From a virus, in IMG/VR virus record IMGVR_UViG_3300034063_000636, positions 44,215 to 108,214 of that record: a stretch of 64,000 nucleotides of DNA; one strand, given 5' to 3'. Under the pieces are notes generated by a model that saw only the letters and a list, made by a program, of their open reading frames with translations, had not been told where the DNA came from and searched no databases. The position numbers and the translations under genes were made by a program. This document shows, piece by piece, positions 57,373-64,000 of this stretch (positions are counted from its first letter, which is position 1; every line of letters starts with the position of its first letter).

Positions 57373-58610
57373 GTGTAAAAGAGCATTTCGATAATAACGG
57401 ATTTGTAATCCTATCTAATGTCTTGCCAAAAGAAAATTGTGAACAATTAGTCACTTACATGTTTGATCTTCTCAAGCAGGGTAAACTTGTGAAAGACGAG
57501 CAATGCCCACTGAGTGACTCTGTTTATGGAGATCCCACATTCGATGAACTATTGCAAAGATTTGCCAAGCCGATTGGTGATCATCTAGGCAAAACTCTTC
57601 TCCCAACATATACCTATGCTCGAATCTATCGAACTGGCGAGGTACTGAAAAAACATAAAGATCGTCCAGCCTGTGAGATTAGCGCGACCATGACGCTTGG
57701 ATTCGACGCTAAACATCTTTGGAAGATCTTCTTTGATGAAGAAAAAGAGATTCCAGTCGATCTTGATATTGGAGAGATGGCAGTTTATGCTGGATGCGAT
57801 ATCTTACATTGGCGTCCAGCGTTTAAAGGTAACTGGCACATTCAAGTATTCTTTCATTATGTTGATGCGAATGGTCCATATGCATCTCATGCAAAAGATG
57901 GTCGTGAGAAGTTTGGTGTAGATAAAGTCAAAAATGTTCTTCCCAAAACAGAGAAGCAAGACTTTAAGTTTCCAAAACCGATATTCAATACCATTATTAT
58001 TCCGAGCACTTTAGATAATACTTTTCCTGGATATTATCCGATCAACAGTCAAAACATTCCAGAGTTAAAGTTTACTGATAAAGAATGCGATACGATACTT
58101 AAAATGCTCAACGATGCATATCCATCGACAGCAGGTGTTGGTGGATCGAAAGAAAATAGTCGTATTTCTAGAGGTATTCGCTCAGCCAATATCTATATCC
58201 TAGAAAACGACGAAGAAAACCATTGGATCTTTCAGAAAGTCGCAAACATTGTATCGTTTGCGAATGAACATCATTTTCAATACGATTTAACTGGAATCAC
58301 TCATGGAATTCAGTTAATTGAATATTCCTCTGACTTCGACGTTAAGGGTCATTACGATTGGCACGTTGATGCTGGAAATGGTGAGCCAGTGACTCGAAAG
58401 ATCTCTTTCACGGCTCAATTAAGCGATCCCAGTGAATATGAGGGGTGCGAGTTAGTTATAAATAATCATGGAACAGAAGTCGTTGCAACCAAAGAGAGAG
58501 GTTCGGTTCATTTGTTCCCAAGTTATATGACGCATAAAGTGACTCCGATTACGAAAGGAAATCGTTATGCATTAGTCATTTGGATTCATGGATCTAGGAG
58601 ATTTAGATGA
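57369..58610 (+). CDS. Tandem two-domain 2OG-Fe(II) oxygenase
   Basis: Domain 1: YARIY...LKKHKDRPACEIS...LHWR. Domain 2: HYDWHVD..RKIS..QLSDP..YEG...HKVTPITKG.R. Confidence 0.85.
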   Translation: MSVKEHFDNNGFVILSNVLPKENCEQLVTYMFDLLKQGKLVKDEQCPLSDSVYGDPTFDELLQRFAKPIGDHLGKTLLPTYTYARIYRTGEVLKKHKDRPACEISATMTLGFDAKHLWKIFFDEEKEIPVDLDIGEMAVYAGCDILHWRPAFKGNWHIQVFFHYVDANGPYASHAKDGREKFGVDKVKNVLPKTEKQDFKFPKPIFNTIIIPSTLDNTFPGYYPINSQNIPELKFTDKECDTILKMLNDAYPSTAGVGGSKENSRISRGIRSANIYILENDEENHWIFQKVANIVSFANEHHFQYDLTGITHGIQLIEYSSDFDVKGHYDWHVDAGNGEPVTRKISFTAQLSDPSEYEGCELVINNHGTEVVATKERGSVHLFPSYMTHKVTPITKGNRYALVIWIHGSRRFR

Positions 58611-59527
58611 GTGAGAATGAAGCGAAAGATAAAGAATTAGCCATTTTTGAGGAAATTCGCAAGGATTTGGCGCTATCCTCAGAACTCAAAGTCCCAATGA
58701 GTTATGTTTTTGGGCGAGGTACTGTAAAGGCAATACAAAGTTTCGGTAACACTTCGTTGCTTGTCAACTCTACGAAAGTCGATAAGGCGATTCAAAACGT
58801 CGAAGAGTTGCAAAGCATTTGGAATCATAGTCACTCTCAGTGGTCTTGGAAGCATCTAAATCTCAGTTATCATGCACCATATAAGAATATGCGTCAGATT
58901 GCTGCTGAGATGGCTAAAAAGAAAGCCGCATTGAACGAAGCCAAATGGCGCCATGTTGAGGTTGAGATTAAGATTCGTAAAATTGAAGAAGAACTTCAAA
59001 AAGAGGGTCTCGATTATTGGCGCGAAGTAGAATTAAAAGTTAAACTCACGAAACTTAAAGAGGGTTTGGCTGAAGGTATGAGTTACGTTGAAGGAGCAAT
59101 GAAAGACGTTCTTACGTTGAATGCTCTTTACGAAGAATTAAAAGAGAAGGTTTCTGGTTTCACTGAACATGATATTGAGAAAGAAGAAACAAAGAGTCAC
59201 CTAAAACGTTCAATTGTACAATGCATTCGTGATGTTCGTCAGTTTGGTAGTATTTCGAAAGGTGAACAAGAATACGTCGAACAGATTGGTGTGAATCCAA
59301 TGAAGTTGCAGGCAGTTCTTCGAGCCTATGTTGAAAATGAAGCCAAACAACAAACATGGGACGTAAGCGGATTGTACGAATTTGTTGATAAGTTGGTTGA
59401 CGAATTGGCTGATGTTTATAAAGTTGACGTTGCTAGAATGAAACTACAAGGATTCAGCAGCGAACCAATTGAGGAATTTTCTTATTCAAATAAGGTAGCA
59501 TTGCTCGAAAAGAAAGAGGAAGAATAA
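58607..59527 (+). CDS. Coiled-coil-rich hypothetical protein
   Basis: 306-aa E/K/L-rich helical ORF with an ATGA overlap. Confidence 0.7.
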   Translation: MSENEAKDKELAIFEEIRKDLALSSELKVPMSYVFGRGTVKAIQSFGNTSLLVNSTKVDKAIQNVEELQSIWNHSHSQWSWKHLNLSYHAPYKNMRQIAAEMAKKKAALNEAKWRHVEVEIKIRKIEEELQKEGLDYWREVELKVKLTKLKEGLAEGMSYVEGAMKDVLTLNALYEELKEKVSGFTEHDIEKEETKSHLKRSIVQCIRDVRQFGSISKGEQEYVEQIGVNPMKLQAVLRAYVENEAKQQTWDVSGLYEFVDKLVDELADVYKVDVARMKLQGFSSEPIEEFSYSNKVALLEKKEEE

Positions 59528-59857
59528 ATGCCTGTTGCAGAATACAAGTTACATAAACAAGGTCATCGTCGCCTAGTGCCAGAGTTTATCGACGATCGCG
59601 GTCACTGGTTTAACCCAAGTGATCACACCTATATTGGCTGGATTGAAGAAAATCCAGATCACTATGTGCCAGATACAATTAACTATCTTACAAAAGAGCA
59701 ATTTGTTACTCGAGCACTTGCAATACATGCTGCCAGCCCAATGCATGGCGATGATGGTGAGTCTCCAGTCGGTGGTGCTCAACTTACAAGTGAACAGGTG
59801 CAAACAGCTGCAGAATCATGGTATGATGGATTTGTAGCAAAAAATACAGCTGGTTAA
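59528..59857 (+). CDS. Hypothetical protein
   Basis: 109-aa ORF abutting the upstream stop codon. Confidence 0.7.
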   Translation: MPVAEYKLHKQGHRRLVPEFIDDRGHWFNPSDHTYIGWIEENPDHYVPDTINYLTKEQFVTRALAIHAASPMHGDDGESPVGGAQLTSEQVQTAAESWYDGFVAKNTAG

Positions 59858-59858
59858 A

Positions 59859-59987
59859 ATGGAAATTATTCTTGCTCAAAAAATATCTGAATTGGATAAG
59901 AGTGAATTGATCAATCTGCTTATGAAGTTGCAAATGAACGAGCCAGAAGCATTTAAAGCACTTCAAGAAGCAGTAGACGATCTATGA
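59859..59987 (+). CDS. Micro-protein (42 aa); not in the ORF track
   Basis: MEIILAQKISELDKSELINLLMKLQMNEPEAFKALQEAVDDL; fills the gap and overlaps the next gene by ATGA. Confidence 0.7.
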   Translation: MEIILAQKISELDKSELINLLMKLQMNEPEAFKALQEAVDDL

Positions 59988-60991
59988 TCCGTGTTCAAAA
60001 AGATAGAATACAATTTGACGATTATACTCTTTATGCTACTCCCACTGGATTTTCCTTTGACGGGAGAATAGTTGCATCAAACTTTATAAATCTTTTTCAA
60101 GGGACAATATCTGGTTATGCGAGCAGTGGATACAATGGTGGCGCATTAGCAACTATTGATAAATTTCCATTCGCAACTGATGCGAACGCAACTCCAGTTG
60201 GCAATTTAAGCCAAGCAAGATTTTTTGGTGCATCGCAATCTTCAAAAACACATGGCTATCATTCTGCAGGTTATAATGGGAGTAACGTTAACACCATTGA
60301 TAGATTTCCGTTTGCTGTAGATGCAAATGCAACAGATATTTCTGATACTACAACTTCAGTTAGATCTCATTCAGGTCAATCCTCTACAACACACGGTTAT
60401 AGTAGCGGTGGATTAACTTCGGTTGATTCTAATGTTATTGACAAATTTCCATTTAGCGTAAATCAAAACGCAACTGATGTTGGCGATTTAACTCAAGCAA
60501 GATTTGGCGTCGCTGGACATAATTCTAGCGTCAGTGGATATGTTTCTGGTGGATTAACATATCCTCCATATACTAGTAGAGACACTATCGATAAATTTCC
60601 CTTTGCCACTGACACAAATGCAGTAGATGTAGGAAACTTATCTCAAGCAAGATACTATCCAGGAGGCGTTTCTTCTGCAACAAATGGATATACTGTTGGC
60701 GGAAATTTATTTAATGGCACCCCACCAAGCGCGAGTGTTAATATCATAGATAAATGGCCATTTGCTGCCGATACAAATGCAACTTCTATTGGAACTTTGT
60801 CTCTTCAAAGATCTGGGCTTGCTGGTTCTTCATCAACAACTAATGGATATTCCACAGGCGGTCATTACGTTCCTTCGTGGCCAGGTGGCTACAGTAATGT
60901 TATCGATAAATTTCCGTTTTTTACAGATGCAAATGCAACTGATATTGGTGATTTGACTCAAGCGAGACAAAGCGTGGGGCATCAAGTATGA
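59984..60991 (+). CDS. Six-bladed Kelch-like propeller protein
   Basis: Six GY..GG...IDKFPF..D.NAT.VG.L.QAR repeats. Confidence 0.78.
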   Translation: MIRVQKDRIQFDDYTLYATPTGFSFDGRIVASNFINLFQGTISGYASSGYNGGALATIDKFPFATDANATPVGNLSQARFFGASQSSKTHGYHSAGYNGSNVNTIDRFPFAVDANATDISDTTTSVRSHSGQSSTTHGYSSGGLTSVDSNVIDKFPFSVNQNATDVGDLTQARFGVAGHNSSVSGYVSGGLTYPPYTSRDTIDKFPFATDTNAVDVGNLSQARYYPGGVSSATNGYTVGGNLFNGTPPSASVNIIDKWPFAADTNATSIGTLSLQRSGLAGSSSTTNGYSTGGHYVPSWPGGYSNVIDKFPFFTDANATDIGDLTQARQSVGHQV

Positions 60992-62010
60992 CCATTCGCA
61001 TTTACGACAATAGAATTGATTTCGGCAACTATAGTTTATCAGTTGACAACATTGGAATTTCTGTCAAATCATCTTATTCAAATTCCATGGGAACGTTGAC
61101 CGCCACTTCAATCGAAGCATTAAACTATCCATTCCAAGGAACTGTGGCAGGATATACGAGTGGAGGATGGCTTCCTCCTGGATCTAACGTTATTGACAAA
61201 TTTTCTTTTGTGTTTGCATTGTCTAATGCAACTGACGTTGGAGATTTAACTCAAGCCAGATGTTTGTTGGCGTCTCAATCATCAGCAACCTATGGTTATT
61301 CAACAGGTGGATATCTGGGACCACCATTTAGTAATGTAATTGACAAATTCCCATTTGCAATACACAGTAATGCAACAGATGTTGGTGATTTGACACAAGG
61401 TCGATATGGTCCAGTTGGTCAATCTTCAAATACTGCAGGATATAGCAGCGGTGGCATCACACCGCCAACTAGAGCAACGATCGACAAATTTCCATTTGCT
61501 GTTGATTTAAACGCCACCTCTGTTGGAAGTTTATCTCAAGCAAGATATTATTCAACTGGACATTCATCAACTACTCATGGATATACTGCTGGCGGAACCA
61601 GTTCAAATGTCATTGACAAATTTCCATTCGCATCGGACGCAAATGCAACAGATATTGGAGATATCTTATCTGCTTCTGCATATCAAATCGCCTCAGGCAT
61701 TTCTTCTCAACATCATGGTTATGTGACTGGTGGTGGTTGGCCAGGAACTGTTAGCAATGTGATTCAAAGGTTTTCATTTATCACAAATCAAAATTCTTCT
61801 GATATTGCTGATTTGACTCAAGGTAGGTACGGTGCAGCTGGAACTTCTAGTACAACTCATGGTTTCACTGCAGGTGGTGCTGTTGCGCCATATACGGTTC
61901 AGAACACTATTGATAAGTTTCCATTTTCTGCCAGCGACGGTGCATATCTTTGCGTTGATCTTGGCGATCTTACTCAATCTCGTGGATATATGAGTGGACA
62001 ACAAGACTAA
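60988..62010 (+). CDS. Six-bladed Kelch-like propeller protein
   Basis: Paralog of 59984..60991 with six repeats. Confidence 0.78.
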   Translation: MTIRIYDNRIDFGNYSLSVDNIGISVKSSYSNSMGTLTATSIEALNYPFQGTVAGYTSGGWLPPGSNVIDKFSFVFALSNATDVGDLTQARCLLASQSSATYGYSTGGYLGPPFSNVIDKFPFAIHSNATDVGDLTQGRYGPVGQSSNTAGYSSGGITPPTRATIDKFPFAVDLNATSVGSLSQARYYSTGHSSTTHGYTAGGTSSNVIDKFPFASDANATDIGDILSASAYQIASGISSQHHGYVTGGGWPGTVSNVIQRFSFITNQNSSDIADLTQGRYGAAGTSSTTHGFTAGGAVAPYTVQNTIDKFPFSASDGAYLCVDLGDLTQSRGYMSGQQD

Positions 62011-63041
62011 TGGCTATTAAAGTTTACAATAATAAAATTATGATCGGATCATACACGATTCAAGAAGGTTCAGGCGGGCTCGTGTTTGATGGATCGATCA
62101 AAGCAGAATCATTACTGCGTGAAGGATCATTTCAAGGATCGGTGGCAGGATTTGCTTCTGGTGGATACATAATGCCAGGTGGATCATCAAATGTTATTGA
62201 CAAATATCCTTTTGCTACTTCTACTTCAAATGCAACAGATCATGGAGACTTAACTCAAGGTAGATATGGCGCAACGTCTCAATCTTCTGATTTGCATGGA
62301 TATACTTCTGGTGGTGCAACTGGTGGACCTTCAACAAATACAATAGATAAATTTGCATTTGCATATGCAGGTAATGCTTCAGATGTTGGTGATTTGAGCG
62401 AGGTTGTGTACACTAGTGGTGGCAGTTCATCTAAACAATTCGGATTAGGATTTGGTGCTGGCAGCGTTTACCCAACATCAAGCAATATTATACAAAAAAT
62501 TCCCTTTTCTGTGGATAGTTTTTCATTTGATATTGGGGATTTAAGCGTAGCTCGTGGATTTGCTGCTGGTCAATCATCAACAACTCATGCATATAACTCA
62601 GGTGGGGAACCTACTAGTGGCGCAACAGCATTGAATGTTATCGATAAATTTCCAATGGCTGCTACAAGTTATGCATTAGCGTCTGATGTTGGTGATCTAG
62701 CCAGCGCATCTACTCGACACACTGGACAATCTTCCACCACTCATGGTTATTCTAGTGGTGGTGGAACTTGGCCACCTGGAACCTCAGGGGCAACAATTCA
62801 AAAATTTTTATTTGCGTCTGATTCGAATGCTACTAGCGTAGGGAGTTTAACTGCAGCTAGATGGACTGGATCTGGATCATCTTCAACTGTTGAGGGATAC
62901 ACTAATGGAGGAAATGCGCCACCCTCCTACACAAACGTCTCCACTATTGATAAATTTCCATTCTCAACTGATTTTAATGCAGTTAGCGTGGGGTCGCTTA
63001 CAGTTGCAAGAGGATTAGGCTCTGGTGGATTCCAAATTTAA
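62010..63041 (+). CDS. Six-bladed Kelch-like propeller protein
   Basis: Paralog of 59984..60991 with six repeats. Confidence 0.78.
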   Translation: MAIKVYNNKIMIGSYTIQEGSGGLVFDGSIKAESLLREGSFQGSVAGFASGGYIMPGGSSNVIDKYPFATSTSNATDHGDLTQGRYGATSQSSDLHGYTSGGATGGPSTNTIDKFAFAYAGNASDVGDLSEVVYTSGGSSSKQFGLGFGAGSVYPTSSNIIQKIPFSVDSFSFDIGDLSVARGFAAGQSSTTHAYNSGGEPTSGATALNVIDKFPMAATSYALASDVGDLASASTRHTGQSSTTHGYSSGGGTWPPGTSGATIQKFLFASDSNATSVGSLTAARWTGSGSSSTVEGYTNGGNAPPSYTNVSTIDKFPFSTDFNAVSVGSLTVARGLGSGGFQI

Positions 63042-63053
63042 ATAGGGCATAAC

Positions 63054-63060
63054 CTAAATA
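63054..63060 (+). promoter_or_regulatory. Late promoter variant CTAAATA
   Basis: Intergenic, upstream of a GAGG RBS and gp13. Confidence 0.45.
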
Positions 63061-63083
63061 TAGAATAAAAACTGAGGTCTCAA

Positions 63084-63845
63084 ATGGCATCTCCATCAAC
63101 TCGCGAACAACTTAAAGATTACGCTCTTCGTAAACTTGGATTTCCAGTTATCGACATTAATGTCGACGACGATCAATTGGAAGATCGCATTGACGATGCT
63201 TTACAAAAGTATCGTGACTATCACTACGATGGAACAGAAGAAATATATCTTGCGACTCAGTTAACTGCAAATAATCTTGCTAACGGCTACGTCGACGTCT
63301 CCGATAATATCGTCGGAATTACTCGAATTATGCCTATCACTGGCGATAGCGTCAGTTCTCAAAATGGTCAAGGATTTAACATCTTTGATATCAATTATCA
63401 GCTTCGCCTCAATGACTTCTACAGTTTAACTGCATCAAGTTACACTTACTATTACATCGCTCGCACGCATCTTGCGATGCTTGATATGATCGTGACTGGA
63501 GAAGTTCCATTTAGATATAACAAAACTGTGAATCGCGTGACAATCTACATGGACTGGAATGCAAGATTATCTGAGAATGATTATATTGTGATGCAAGCAC
63601 AAAGAATTATCGATCCGACAGTTTATACAAAAATTTATAATGATTCTTGGGTAAAAGAATATACAGCTGCACTCTTCAAGAAACAATGGGGTGCAAATTT
63701 AAGTAAGTATGCAAACTATGCACTTCCTGGTGGTTTGGTCGTCAATGGAGAAGCAATTCTCAGAGATGCAACACAAGAAGTTGAATTGCTCGAGCAGAAA
63801 CTTCGAGACATTTATGAATATCCACCAATGATGATTGTGGGATAA
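63084..63845 (+). CDS. gp13: Neck protein gp13
   Basis: LKDYALRKLGFPVIDINVDDDQLEDRIDDAL..Y..YHYDG, WVKEY..AL.K.QWG.NL.K and LPGG...NG. Confidence 0.93.
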   Translation: MASPSTREQLKDYALRKLGFPVIDINVDDDQLEDRIDDALQKYRDYHYDGTEEIYLATQLTANNLANGYVDVSDNIVGITRIMPITGDSVSSQNGQGFNIFDINYQLRLNDFYSLTASSYTYYYIARTHLAMLDMIVTGEVPFRYNKTVNRVTIYMDWNARLSENDYIVMQAQRIIDPTVYTKIYNDSWVKEYTAALFKKQWGANLSKYANYALPGGLVVNGEAILRDATQEVELLEQKLRDIYEYPPMMIVG

Positions 63846-63847
63846 AA

Positions 63848-64000
63848 ATGGGCACATCAGTATACTTTAACAATCAAGATGCAACTCGTGAGCAGTTCCT
63901 CATTGAGGACATGATCATTGAGTCAATCAAGAATCATGGAATTGATGTTTATTATATCCCAAGAGAATCTCAATCTGAACTTGATGATTTATTTGGCGAT
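63848..64000 (+). CDS. gp14: Neck protein gp14 (3'-truncated)
   Basis: MGTSVYFNNQDATREQFLIEDMIIESIKNHGIDVYYIPRE...LFGD; follows gp13. Confidence 0.85.
   Translation, partial: MGTSVYFNNQDATREQFLIEDMIIESIKNHGIDVYYIPRESQSELDDLFGD

Noticed and set aside
1-64000. Stop-codon reassignment, tRNA/rRNA genes, introns, homing endonucleases, intrinsic terminators
   Set aside because: Genes tile densely under code 11 using TAA, TGA and TAG stops. Gaps are too short for RNA genes, and I saw no convincing hairpin-plus-U-tract or nuclease motifs.
1-64000. Host assignment (e.g. cyanophage)
   Set aside because: Gene order resembles aquatic T4-like phages, but no host-diagnostic gene is present in the window.

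Overview
A 64 kb segment of a large T4-like myovirus (dsDNA phage), with every real gene on the + strand in genetic code 11. It runs from the baseplate genes (partial gp5, gp25, gp6, gp7-like, gp8) to the neck genes (gp13, start of gp14). Where T4 has gp9-gp12 and wac, this phage has about 53 kb of fibre and adhesin genes. These are a split VrlC-like pair, a mirror-symmetric 19-aa Pro/Tyr repeat protein, a 2470-aa Ala-heptad fibre with two cupredoxin-like domains, five polyglycine adhesins, a LamG chain, an S74-chaperoned mini-fibre and five six-bladed propeller proteins. Three enzyme blocks are interleaved, carrying six 2OG-Fe(II) oxygenase domains, a Gnt1/GT60-like GlcNAc transferase and a sulfotransferase. 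Two of these blocks have their own sigma70-type promoters, while the structural modules carry T4-late-type ATAAATA boxes. Main hypothesis (inference): the phage encodes a post-translational system (prolyl hydroxylation, hydroxyproline glycosylation, possibly sulfation) acting on Pro-rich virion adhesins. All family assignments come from motif recognition by eye; no database searches were run.
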